Of a stretch of 64,000 nt of DNA, positions 1 through 9,116 are shown piece after piece. The first letter of the stretch is position 1; every line of letters begins with the position of its first letter. Origin of the DNA: Candidatus Minusculum obligatum (GTDB taxonomy: Bacteria; Patescibacteriota; Minisyncoccia; Phycocordibacterales; Phycocordibacteraceae); the NCBI GenBank assembly GCA_045401155.1, contig CP174360.1:11072-75071 (forward strand). The letters are read 5' to 3'. The position numbers and the translations under genes are program-made. Under the pieces are notes generated by a model that ran no database searches, was not told where the DNA came from, and saw only the letters and a list, made by a program, of their open reading frames with translations.

Positions 1-848
1 GGAATACGTCCTCCTGAAATACGTGGCACAAGTCGCTGAGAGAAAATCCCGGCAAGTGATCCTGCAAGCTGAATACGTACTTGATCCTGCTGATTTGCAG
101 GGAATGAATCGATGATTCGATCAATGGTCTGTGCAGCATTATTGGTGTGCAGTGTTGAAAGCACGAGATGTCCTGTTTCAGCTGCAGTCACTGCAGAAGA
201 AATAGTCTCGTACGCGCGCATCTCTCCTACCATCATTACGTCTACGTCCTGACGAAAGGCAGCACGAAGCGCTTCACTAAATGAAGGTGCATCGATACCA
301 ACCTCTCGCTGCTCAATCAAAGATTTCTTTGGTTGGAAAATATACTCAATAGGATCCTCAATCGTCACAATGTGCTCTGCACGTGTGAGGTTGATCATCT
401 CAATCATGGCAGCAAGTGTCGTTGACTTACCTTGCCCTACAGGACCTACTACCAAAAAGAACCCCTGCTTACGCTGCGCGAACGTTTCAAGAATTGGAGG
501 AAGCCCAAGGCTTTGAATTGACTGGATTTGCTTTGGAATAAGACGAAGCGCAATCGCAATACTTCCGTGCTGATAAAATCCATTTCCTCGGAAGCGTCCC
601 GCATCACCAAAAGCATATGAAAAATCTACCGACTGTCGTTCTTGAAAAGCTGGATATCGCTCCTCTCCCACAAGCTCACGAAGAAATACCTCTGTGTCTT
701 CTGCAGTTAATTTATCTTTTTGAAACAACGGAATGAGAGATCCAGATACACGAATAGTTGGGTGATTCCCAACAGAAAGATGAAGGTCTGATCCACCCTC
801 ATCAACAACAGTTTGTAGTAATTGATGTAAATCTTGAACAGTTGCCAT
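1..848 (-). CDS. pilT: Type IV pilus retraction ATPase PilT (3' end runs off window)
   Basis: Manual translation of minus strand from ATG at 848: Walker A GPVGQGKSTTL, PilT-like C-terminal ...SQRLVPRISGGRIP; not in ORF track because it runs off the edge. Confidence 0.8.
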   Translation of the reverse strand, partial: MATVQDLHQLLQTVVDEGGSDLHLSVGNHPTIRVSGSLIPLFQKDKLTAEDTEVFLRELVGEERYPAFQERQSVDFSYAFGDAGRFRGNGFYQHGSIAIALRLIPKQIQSIQSLGLPPILETFAQRKQGFFLVVGPVGQGKSTTLAAMIEMINLTRAEHIVTIEDPIEYIFQPKKSLIEQREVGIDAPSFSEALRAAFRQDVDVMMVGEMRAYETISSAVTAAETGHLVLSTLHTNNAAQTIDRIIDSFPANQQDQVRIQLAGSLAGIFSQRLVPRISGGRI

Positions 849-849
849 A

Positions 850-1260
850 TTACTCAGATTCTCCACTTAAAATTTTTGTTGTGCGCTCAAGCACCTCAGA
901 TGGAATCGCACTTGCTTTAATAATGTACCCTGCAGCCCCAAGCTCCTTTGCTCGCTCAATATCAGTATCTTGTCCTTGGTTTGAAAGAATAATGATCTTT
1001 GTCTTTGGAGCTAGATTCTCTCGATTAATTGCTTCAAGCACCGCAAACCCATCAACTTCCGGCATCACAATATCTAAAAGAATAGCGTCTGGCGGTGTCC
1101 CCTTGCGAAGCTCTTCAAGTACGAAGTTTCCTCCCTGACATGCGGTCACATCCATACCCGCACTCTTGAACTTCATTGAGTACATATCAAGAAGAAATCG
1201 ATCATCATCAACGAGATAGATTTTGTATTTTTTTACTTGATCTTCCATATTAGTTTTCAA
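850..1260 (-). CDS. CheY-like response regulator receiver (PilH/PilG-like) inside pilus operon
   Basis: 136 aa, receiver motifs YLVDDD...LLDIVMPEVDG...AGYIIK; stand-alone REC domain. Confidence 0.75.
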   Translation of the reverse strand: MKTNMEDQVKKYKIYLVDDDRFLLDMYSMKFKSAGMDVTACQGGNFVLEELRKGTPPDAILLDIVMPEVDGFAVLEAINRENLAPKTKIIILSNQGQDTDIERAKELGAAGYIIKASAIPSEVLERTTKILSGESE

Positions 1261-2995
1261 CCAAGAAGTCTCCTCCGAGTGTATTTACTTCCTCAAACGG
1301 AATCACCCCTTCTAGTGCCTTAATAATAGCATCCTCCTTCATGGTGAGCATTCCTTTTGCACGGGCAGCACGGAACACCTTATCCTCAACAGGATCATTC
1401 AAAATCACATTTTCTAGATCACTATCTACACGAAGAATCTCAAATACACCAAGACGTCCTCGTGTACCATTTGGACAATCTGGCCCTGGCGCAACACCGT
1501 ATAGGAACTTCTTATCTGGAACATACTTCTTACGATACTCCTCTGGAAGATCCTCAAATTGCTTATCAAGCATAATCTTAAGAGATCCCTCAACAGGAAT
1601 CTTTCGCCCTGCTCCCTCACACATTTGCCGCACCAAACGCTGTCCAATAACCGCAACAAGTGTCGGCGCGATCAAGTATGGATCAATTCCCATATCAATA
1701 AGTCGTGGAATCGCTCCTGCCGCTGTGTTGGTGTGAATAGTTGAGAACACAAGGTGTCCGGTAAGCGCAGCCTGAATCGCAAGCTGTGCAGTTTCTTTAT
1801 CTCGAATCTCTCCCACCATGATAATGTCTGGGTCCTGACGAAGGATTGAACGAAGTCCTGAAGCAAAAGTATATCCAATCTCAGGACGCATCTGTGACTG
1901 AGACACTCCTGTAATGTCATACTCTACCGGGTCCTCAAGAGACACCACGTTATTTTTCTCTCGATCAATCTCTCGAAGCATCGAGTAGAGCGTTGTAGAC
2001 TTTCCGGATCCGGTCGGTCCTGAGATCAACACAATTCCATATGGCTGCTGCACAATCTCTCGAACCTGTTCAAAGTTTTGTGGTGTAAATCCAAGATCCT
2101 CAAGCGTCTTCTGTCCTGCAGAACGATCCAAAATACGCATCACCACCTTCTCCCCATAGAAGGTTGGGAATGTAGATACACGAAAATCAATATTTCGATT
2201 CTCTACCTTAGCGGAGAATCGACCATCTTGCGGCTTACGCTTCTCATCAAGCTTAATTGAGGCAAGAATCTTAATACGCGCAACCACTGCCCTGTGCACT
2301 TTTGTTGGAAGCTCAAGAGAAGTGTGCAGATCTCCGTCCATTCGGAAACGCACACGCACCTTCTCTCGTGTAGGCTCAATATGAATATCAGATACCCCTC
2401 CCTCTACCGCATAGCGCAGCACAGTCGCTACAATTTTTGTAACCGGTGCATCTTCCTTGATAATTGTTTGTACATCCCCCGAATCCTCATCACTAACAGG
2501 CGCCTTCTTCTGCCCATCTTCACTTACAAGTGCACTTTCAAGCTCAGTAAGTGCAGCCCCAACCTCCCCAGAAAGACTCTGGTACTGCTCAATCGCTTTA
2601 TCAAAATCACTCTTACCAATAAGGAAAAGCTTATATGGCATCTTTACACGAGTAGAAATGAAGTTAAGCGCATCAAGCGCTTCAATATTGTCTGGATCAA
2701 CAATACCCACCTCAAGCACATCGTCTGTTACAGAAAGTGGAATGAATTGATAGTGTCGCGCACTCTCCTCTGGAATATATGAAAGGACACTATTTGCAAT
2801 CGTGATGCTAGAGATGTCACGAGTGGGCATGTTGTAGTACTCACCCTCTGCAGTAAGAATGTCTTCTTTTGAAATTCCACGACGTGCAAGCAAAGAAGAA
2901 ACAGAGACATTTTTATCCTTTGCCTCCTTCTCTACCGCAGAAGCATCTGCTTCCTTGAGTACTCCTTTCTTAACTAGAATGTCTAATAACTTCAT
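1250..2995 (-). CDS. pilB: Type IV pilus assembly ATPase PilB (GspE family)
   Basis: 581 aa; GspE N-domain, Walker A GPTGSGKSTTLYS, conserved LISGPTGSGK/DPIEY/HLVFSTIHTN and tetracysteine-like CPNGTRG region. Confidence 0.9.
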   Translation of the reverse strand: MKLLDILVKKGVLKEADASAVEKEAKDKNVSVSSLLARRGISKEDILTAEGEYYNMPTRDISSITIANSVLSYIPEESARHYQFIPLSVTDDVLEVGIVDPDNIEALDALNFISTRVKMPYKLFLIGKSDFDKAIEQYQSLSGEVGAALTELESALVSEDGQKKAPVSDEDSGDVQTIIKEDAPVTKIVATVLRYAVEGGVSDIHIEPTREKVRVRFRMDGDLHTSLELPTKVHRAVVARIKILASIKLDEKRKPQDGRFSAKVENRNIDFRVSTFPTFYGEKVVMRILDRSAGQKTLEDLGFTPQNFEQVREIVQQPYGIVLISGPTGSGKSTTLYSMLREIDREKNNVVSLEDPVEYDITGVSQSQMRPEIGYTFASGLRSILRQDPDIIMVGEIRDKETAQLAIQAALTGHLVFSTIHTNTAAGAIPRLIDMGIDPYLIAPTLVAVIGQRLVRQMCEGAGRKIPVEGSLKIMLDKQFEDLPEEYRKKYVPDKKFLYGVAPGPDCPNGTRGRLGVFEILRVDSDLENVILNDPVEDKVFRAARAKGMLTMKEDAIIKALEGVIPFEEVNTLGGDFLVEN

Positions 2996-3000
2996 AGGAA

Positions 3001-3297
3001 CTACTGTGCACTCGCGAACGGATTGTCGCGACCCACAGGTTCCTCAGCAATTGGACGAGAGAAATCTACAAGCGAACTGTAGTATTCATCTTCAAAAATA
3101 CTAGTGTCCAGATCAATCCTTCTAAGCTTACTAAACAACGCAACAAACTCCTGGTTTGCAGCACTTACACTTGGATTTGTTGTGGTAACAAGTGCTCCTT
3201 GATTATTGTTTTGGAAGAAAAAGAAGTAGGCAATAAATCCTGCAACGATAATTCCAATTGCAATAAGTACGGTTTGATTTTTCTTGAAAAAATTCAT
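3001..3297 (-). CDS. Small single-TM protein, possible PilP-like pilus assembly component
   Basis: Start chosen at MNFFKK internal Met; N-terminal TM helix; position between pilO and pilB. Confidence 0.35.
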   Translation of the reverse strand: MNFFKKNQTVLIAIGIIVAGFIAYFFFFQNNNQGALVTTTNPSVSAANQEFVALFSKLRRIDLDTSIFEDEYYSSLVDFSRPIAEEPVGRDNPFASAQ

Positions 3298-3298
3298 A

Positions 3299-3859
3299 TT
3301 ACTGTAGCCAATACACTTGTACGCGCATATCAAACTTGTAAACACCTGTCTCCGACTCTGAGAAGGCAATCTCGATCACATCAAGCGTACGCAAGCTCTG
3401 CTCAATATCACGCAAGAAATTCTTAAACTGAGAGTATGTTGCGGTAGCAGTAAATGAAATTACCAAAGATTTATATGCTTTCTCTTCTTGAATCAACACT
3501 CCTTGCCCAACTGCATCACCTCCATCATTCCCACTCTTACTCTCATCAATACCAATATCACTAATGCGAACACCGTTTGCGTTAGCAATACCGTCCATAT
3601 CAAGAATAAGCTGTACGTTATCTACGTTATCTGGAAGAAGCTTCTTAATTCGATCAAGCTCTGTTTGTGGGATATTTTCCCGCTCCTGCACAAGGCGCGC
3701 TTCTTCTTCCCTAAATTTCACTGCAGTTGCAAGCGCTGAATCCAAATTTTTAATCTCTCCTTCAAGAGATCGAACCTGTCCTGTATACGTAGGATTTATA
3801 TATCCGAAAAATACACCTACGGCTCCTAATATTAAGATGATTGATACAAGTCGGTTCAT
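3299..3859 (-). CDS. pilO: PilO-like pilus assembly protein
   Basis: 186 aa, N-terminal TM then coiled-coil then beta domain; operon context pilM-pilN-pilO. Confidence 0.55.
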   Translation of the reverse strand: MNRLVSIILILGAVGVFFGYINPTYTGQVRSLEGEIKNLDSALATAVKFREEEARLVQERENIPQTELDRIKKLLPDNVDNVQLILDMDGIANANGVRISDIGIDESKSGNDGGDAVGQGVLIQEEKAYKSLVISFTATATYSQFKNFLRDIEQSLRTLDVIEIAFSESETGVYKFDMRVQVYWLQ

Positions 3860-4563
3860 ATAGTTTCTTCTTCTAGAGGCGCCTCTTCTTCAGGGAATGA
3901 ATCTCCCTCCTCTACAGGCTGCACATCTTCAACGTCTTCTCCTTCAAAAAGAGCCTCAAGCGTTTCGTTTGGCGTCACTTCAATTTGTCCTCCTGAAGCA
4001 TTTACAAGAGAACTTGAAACGATTCCTGTGAATGAGAAAGTAACATCCCCATCTTCAGTCACTGTAGTATCTTCAAAAATCTGATTTCGCAAAAATGGGT
4101 TGTCTCTAAATACAACAGACTGATACGCCAATGCATTAAAGTCTCGTGCAACACCATCCATCAAGATCTCCACGTCTCCTGAAGGTACAGTCGTAAGCTC
4201 AAAGTCACTAAAGCTCACTCCCTGTACTGTATCTCGCTCAAGCATTGAAAAGATTGCAGATACCGCAACGTGACTATCAAGGAGCTCTCGAGAAATAACC
4301 AATCGCTGAGAAAGACGCGCAAGCTCCTCTACCGCTTGCGGCTCAACTGAAGCCTGGAGTGCATTTAACTCTGTTTCTTTCTGCTGCTTTGTTTGCTTCA
4401 GGTAAAACTCGTACCCGAACACGAGACCTGCAAGTACAATAGCAGCACCAATAAGCACCAATGCTGCTACGGCAAATATACTTAGTGGCCCACGCGCTCT
4501 TGGTCGCCGTACGGTACGTACAGGCTGCTTAGGCACAAAGGATGTTGGTACCTTTTGTGGCAT
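3856..4563 (-). CDS. pilN: PilN-like pilus assembly protein with acidic C-terminal tail
   Basis: 235 aa, basic N-terminus, single TM, coiled-coil; 4-nt overlap with pilO start. Confidence 0.55.
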   Translation of the reverse strand: MPQKVPTSFVPKQPVRTVRRPRARGPLSIFAVAALVLIGAAIVLAGLVFGYEFYLKQTKQQKETELNALQASVEPQAVEELARLSQRLVISRELLDSHVAVSAIFSMLERDTVQGVSFSDFELTTVPSGDVEILMDGVARDFNALAYQSVVFRDNPFLRNQIFEDTTVTEDGDVTFSFTGIVSSSLVNASGGQIEVTPNETLEALFEGEDVEDVQPVEEGDSFPEEEAPLEEETI

Positions 4564-4614
4564 GTACTACTAGTATAGACGATTTACCCCAATTAAATAG
4601 AGTTGTTACGGGGA

Positions 4615-5703
4615 TTACGAAACTTCTTCAAGCTTCCGAAGTGCAACACCAACCGCAACCGCAAACTCAGGACCAATCTCCTCAAGAACAGGGCGCATAA
4701 ATGCAGGTGCATCTGTCTTTTGGAATGGGTCTGCAAGCGTAACCTCGGTCTCAAAGAAGGTTCCCGCGTACTCTTTTAGATTTTTAGTTACCCCTCCCCC
4801 TCCAGTAAGGACAATGCCTGAGACAGGACGCTTCTCTGATGTCTCAAATTCTCGGAGCACACGCTTCGCTTCTGCAAAAATATTTGAATATGTAAGTGTC
4901 ACTGAATCTTTGTTGTACGGCTTTGGTGCAGTATCTGAAATTCCTTCCTCTCGCTTTAGTTGCTCTGCTTTTGCAAACCCTAAAGAACTTGATTGAGAGA
5001 GTGCCTTACTTACATCTTGCCCTCCTCGAGAAATAGTATGCGAACGTGCCACAAGTCCACGCTCTACGATGTATACCTTTGTAGCAGCAGCGCCAATATC
5101 AATAACCATTACTGGCTTTACCGGCTCATCTACTACCGCACGAATGGTTGAAAATATTTCAATCTCATAAAAACTCGCCGCCACCTGAATTTTATTCATG
5201 ATGCGCTCTAAATGTGTAAGCGCTTCATTGTGCACCGCAACTAAAAGCACCTTCATTTTAGGAGAGAGTTCTTTTCCCTGCTCTTCTGGAATCACAAACC
5301 AATCAAGCTGCACTTCACTTACTGGCACTGGAATATACTTACGCGCCTCAAGATTAATCATAGTCTGAAGCTCTGGACCCTCCTTCCTTGGAAGCGACAC
5401 GGTTGTAAGCAGTGTTTTATTCAAAGGGATCGCAACACCAACAGAAGTTGTGGTCACATTTGCTTCTCGCATCAAATCCTGAATATTTTCTGAAATAGTT
5501 TCCGCAGGAAGGTGCACGGCTTGCCCCACCTCTTTATCTGCATACGGCCCAAGAGCTAATTGTCCGTATGTCTCAAGTACTGCAACACCATTTTCTTGCT
5601 TTAGCTGTACCACTTTTACTGAAGAACCTCCAATATCAATACCCAACACGCTTGGTGTTGGCTTGGTTAGAAACCGAGAGAAAATACCTGCCATTACCCG
5701 CAC
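4615..5703 (-). CDS. pilM: PilM (actin-like ATPase fold pilus assembly protein)
   Basis: 362 aa; LGIDIGGSSVKVV and VIDIGAAATK / LTGGGG actin/FtsA-like phosphate motifs. Confidence 0.75.
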   Translation of the reverse strand: MRVMAGIFSRFLTKPTPSVLGIDIGGSSVKVVQLKQENGVAVLETYGQLALGPYADKEVGQAVHLPAETISENIQDLMREANVTTTSVGVAIPLNKTLLTTVSLPRKEGPELQTMINLEARKYIPVPVSEVQLDWFVIPEEQGKELSPKMKVLLVAVHNEALTHLERIMNKIQVAASFYEIEIFSTIRAVVDEPVKPVMVIDIGAAATKVYIVERGLVARSHTISRGGQDVSKALSQSSSLGFAKAEQLKREEGISDTAPKPYNKDSVTLTYSNIFAEAKRVLREFETSEKRPVSGIVLTGGGGVTKNLKEYAGTFFETEVTLADPFQKTDAPAFMRPVLEEIGPEFAVAVGVALRKLEEVS

Positions 5704-5891
5704 ATAATAGCATGTCGCGGTATAATCAAATATATGTGGAATAGGATTCTAGACATCATATTCCCCCTCGAGACGAGGAATTACTCGTACGCTCACTTTC
5801 ATATAAAGATGTAGATACACTTCTTTCCCCCAAGCTAAGTGAACACACAATCCCAGGAACCGTAACCCTCCTTCCATTTACAGACCCGCGT

Positions 5892-6353
5892 GTGCGGGCT
5901 TTATTACATGAAAATAAATACCATCAGAATAAACGAGCGGCAAAACTTCTCGCGCACGCACTCCATGCCTTTTTATTTGAATACATCGTAGATCGTATTG
6001 AATTAGCAGGTACCAATATATATGTAGTACCAATCCCCCTATCCCTTTCACGATACAAAGAGCGTGGATATAACCAGGTAGCAAATGTCACAGAAATTGC
6101 GTGTAAAAAATGTGACCTTAAGCACAAAAATATTCTCGCGAAGATAAAAGATACAAAATCTCAAACGAAACTCTCTAAAAAAGAACGCTTACGAAATCAG
6201 CACGGAGCCTTTGTTTCAGAAAAAGCATCTCCACGCACTACATATATAGTAGTGGATGATGTACTTACTACTGGAGCCACCATGCAAGAAGCGTGTAGAG
6301 CATTAGAGAAGATGGGAGCTAAATCTATTTTGCCGATTGCGTTGGCACATTAA
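5892..6353 (+). CDS. comF: ComF-family phosphoribosyltransferase-domain competence protein
   Basis: 153 aa, GTG start in track; RGYNQ and VVDDVLTTGATM PRTase motifs typical of ComFC. Confidence 0.55.
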   Translation: MRALLHENKYHQNKRAAKLLAHALHAFLFEYIVDRIELAGTNIYVVPIPLSLSRYKERGYNQVANVTEIACKKCDLKHKNILAKIKDTKSQTKLSKKERLRNQHGAFVSEKASPRTTYIVVDDVLTTGATMQEACRALEKMGAKSILPIALAH

Positions 6354-6369
6354 TAGCAGACTTGAAAAA

Positions 6370-7440
6370 TTATTCTGTTTTAAATTCTCCTTTTACTCGG
6401 AAGTTTATAGCTTCAACACTGAGACAGTGACCGTTTTTAAAAGGATCATCTACTATTTTAACTTTTGGATTTTTCGACGTAACATCAAAAACTAAATATA
6501 TGAAATAATTCTCCACATCCTCTGCAACATCTTTTTCGTTCCTACTTATATAAAATGAGAAACTTTTGGATAATTTTTTTACAGTTGATTTAACTTCAAT
6601 TCTTTTTTTCTTTCCTGTTTCATCAAATGAAAGAATGTCGAAACCAGCATACGTATCTTCTCGCGCAACATGAACAACCTTCTGGGCAAGATCACTTCGG
6701 CCAATTGCGTTTAGATGATCCTTCTCGTAACGAATTACAATTTCTTCTCCCAAACTTCCAATCTTTGCATTGTTTTTATTTTTAATTTCAAAATCGATAA
6801 AGCCTTTATTTTTCACCTTTACCTCCGTTACCTTTGAAACGGGAACTGTATCAGCAGTAGAAACATTTGGTGATACCTCCTTTCTCACACTGACATATAC
6901 CTTGTCCTGTGGTCCAGGCATCTCGCTTGAGTACTCATCTGCAAATAAAAGCAACATTTTTTCAACTGATTCATATTTTTTTGAAACAGCACTTACTCGC
7001 TCTGGCAAAAGACTCATAAAACCTTGAATAAAGTTATTAGTTTTGTACCCAACAGCATTATTAAAAATTTCAATTGGCATTGATATGTACTTAATATTCT
7101 TCAAAAAGAACACGTACTCCCAAGGATTCCCATTATCATCTGGTGGCCAGAGCGTGAGCGCAAGATCTGGATCATGCTTCTTAAAGTAAACCTCTCCATA
7201 CATAACCAGCTTTTTGTTTGCGTAAAAAATAACAATGTCTCCTTCTTGCATTTTCTTCCACGAAGACGCTGTCCCCTTACGGTTGCCCCAAGCGTAAATT
7301 ACTTCTTGCTCGTCTAGAAGGGTAATCTCTTCAGAATTAAAATATTTAGAAATTCTCTCAAGAGGCACTCCGTGCTTGATAGTAGATTCAAAGTTTTTAT
7401 ATGACCTCTCCCCCGAACGTGGTGCTATAAAATAATTCAT
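6370..7440 (-). CDS. Two-domain protein: N-terminal EVE/PUA-like domain + C-terminal DUF3883 (NOV_C)-like domain; candidate defence/nuclease protein
   Basis: N-term MQEGDIVIFY...MYGEVYF pattern typical of EVE; C-term GSLGEE...GFDILSF...IEVKST...FYISRNE...YLVFDV pattern recalled for DUF3883; needs HMM confirmation. Confidence 0.4.
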   Translation of the reverse strand: MNYFIAPRSGERSYKNFESTIKHGVPLERISKYFNSEEITLLDEQEVIYAWGNRKGTASSWKKMQEGDIVIFYANKKLVMYGEVYFKKHDPDLALTLWPPDDNGNPWEYVFFLKNIKYISMPIEIFNNAVGYKTNNFIQGFMSLLPERVSAVSKKYESVEKMLLLFADEYSSEMPGPQDKVYVSVRKEVSPNVSTADTVPVSKVTEVKVKNKGFIDFEIKNKNNAKIGSLGEEIVIRYEKDHLNAIGRSDLAQKVVHVAREDTYAGFDILSFDETGKKKRIEVKSTVKKLSKSFSFYISRNEKDVAEDVENYFIYLVFDVTSKNPKVKIVDDPFKNGHCLSVEAINFRVKGEFKTE

Positions 7441-7832
7441 ACAGCAGTAAAAGTTTTTAATTCATCAAGATATGCATTTGAATAATCAAGACTATTCAAA
7501 AAAACTTCTACTTCACTTTGAGAAATAAATTGAAAATCTGCACCCTCCCCCTTAATCAGTTTTTCCTTATCTGAATCAACCTCTCCTACCACAAGCGCAA
7601 TATTCCATTGTTCATACTTAAAGACATGAACAAATTCAGGATTCACGAGAGTAAAATTTGTTTCTTCTTTTGTCTCTCGCACTGCTGCGCTAACAACATC
7701 TTCGCCTTCATCTATTTTCCCACCAACCAAACACCACTGATGTGGCATTCTTGAAGTATTTCCATCTCTAAGATGCAATAAAAATTCACCCTTCTGGTTT
7801 TTTATAACTACACCTACGCCAGTTGGATTCAT
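7437..7832 (-). CDS. NUDIX hydrolase
   Basis: Nudix box GGKIDEGEDVVSAAVRETKEETN; start moved to internal Met (MNPTG) because upstream part overlaps tRNA-Ser. Confidence 0.7.
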   Translation of the reverse strand: MNPTGVGVVIKNQKGEFLLHLRDGNTSRMPHQWCLVGGKIDEGEDVVSAAVRETKEETNFTLVNPEFVHVFKYEQWNIALVVGEVDSDKEKLIKGEGADFQFISQSEVEVFLNSLDYSNAYLDELKTFTAV

Positions 7833-7837
7833 ACAAG

Positions 7838-7924
7838 CGGAGAGTATGGGATTCGAACCCATGAAGGAGGTTAATCCTTACCTCGTTAGCAGTGAGGCGC
7901 TTTCGACCACTCAGCCAACTCTCC
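7838..7924 (-). tRNA. tRNA-Ser (anticodon GCU)
   Basis: 87 nt, acceptor GGAGAGU/ACUCUCC, anticodon loop CUGCUAA, long variable arm, T-loop GGTTCGAATCC; no encoded CCA. Confidence 0.85.
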
Positions 7925-7939
7925 AGTCACGACACCATA

Positions 7940-9082
7940 TCATTTCTGTATCGCTTTTGCTACGGCTTTCACCACCCGCTTATCAAGCAGCTCCGGAAGA
8001 ATCTGATCTTTACTTGGGCGCTTAATAAGGCGGGCTAATGCTTCAGCTGCCGCAACTTTTTTCTGATCTGTAATATCTTTTATTCCCCCATCTAATGCGC
8101 CACGAAATACTCCAGGAAACACAAGCGCATTGTTTACCTGATTCTTAAAATCAGAGCGACCAGTTGCAACAACTGCAGCACCTGCTTTGTGCGCAGCATC
8201 TGGGAGCATTTCTGGATCTGGATTGGCAAGCGCAAACACAATTGGATCTTGTGCCATCTTCTTGATATCAGATGCCTTAAACTTTCCTCCCTTTCCTGCA
8301 ACACCAATGATTACATCCGCTCCCTCTACCACCTCTGAAAGACTTCCAGACTTTTTATCTTTATTTGTAATCTGCGCTAATTCCTCTTTATGCTTATACA
8401 GTCCATCTCGTCCTTTATAAATTGCACCGATACTATCTAACACAATCACATCACCAACACCCCTATACACTAAAAGATTTGCAATCGCCGTCCCAGCGGC
8501 CCCTGCTCCTACGATCACCACATTTAAATCTTCAAACTTTTTACCCACCACCTTGGCGGCATTTATAAGCCCTGCAAGTACTACGATAGCCGTACCGTGC
8601 TGATCATCATGCATCACTGGAATATCTAGAAGATCATTTACCCGTCGCTCAATCTCAAAACACTGCGGCGCCTTAATGTCCTCAAGATTAATTCCACCAA
8701 ATGCAGGTGCGATATTTTTAATCGTTTCTACAATCTCATCTGGATCCTGCGTATCTAACACAATAGGAAATGCATCAACACCAGCAAGCTCTTTAAAGAT
8801 AAGTGCCTTCCCCTCCATAACCGGCAATGCACCATACGGTCCGATATTTCCAAGACCTAATACTGCAGACCCATCTGAAATAACCGCTACCGTATTATTT
8901 TTAATCGTATACGTCTTTGCTTCCTTTTTATTCTTCGCCAAAAGCGTACACACTGCAGCAACACCAGGCGTGTAGTACAAAGAAAAATCAGACTGCTTTG
9001 TCAGAGGAACTTTTGAGTCTACTTTAATTTTCCCTTTTAGTTTTTTATGTGCTTTGAGTGCCTTTTCTGCAATGTTTTTCAT
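7940..9082 (-). CDS. NAD(P)-dependent malic enzyme (short form)
   Basis: Malic enzyme NAD-binding and catalytic motifs (VIVGAGAAGTAIA, LANPDPE); ATG at 9082 preferred over TTG at 9103. Confidence 0.8.
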   Translation of the reverse strand: MKNIAEKALKAHKKLKGKIKVDSKVPLTKQSDFSLYYTPGVAAVCTLLAKNKKEAKTYTIKNNTVAVISDGSAVLGLGNIGPYGALPVMEGKALIFKELAGVDAFPIVLDTQDPDEIVETIKNIAPAFGGINLEDIKAPQCFEIERRVNDLLDIPVMHDDQHGTAIVVLAGLINAAKVVGKKFEDLNVVIVGAGAAGTAIANLLVYRGVGDVIVLDSIGAIYKGRDGLYKHKEELAQITNKDKKSGSLSEVVEGADVIIGVAGKGGKFKASDIKKMAQDPIVFALANPDPEMLPDAAHKAGAAVVATGRSDFKNQVNNALVFPGVFRGALDGGIKDITDQKKVAAAEALARLIKRPSKDQILPELLDKRVVKAVAKAIQK

Positions 9083-9116
9083 ACCGAGTATACTTATGTA
9101 CAAGGAATTTTAACCC

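Noticed and set aside
758-1138. 126-aa plus-strand ORF antisense to the response-regulator and pilT genes
   Set aside because: Low-complexity Ser/Pro-rich translation fully overlapped by well-conserved minus-strand genes; typical shadow ORF.
1341-2782. Several plus-strand ORFs (131, 162, 97 aa) inside pilB
   Set aside because: Antisense to a strongly conserved GspE ATPase; no RBS, composition consistent with shadow frames.
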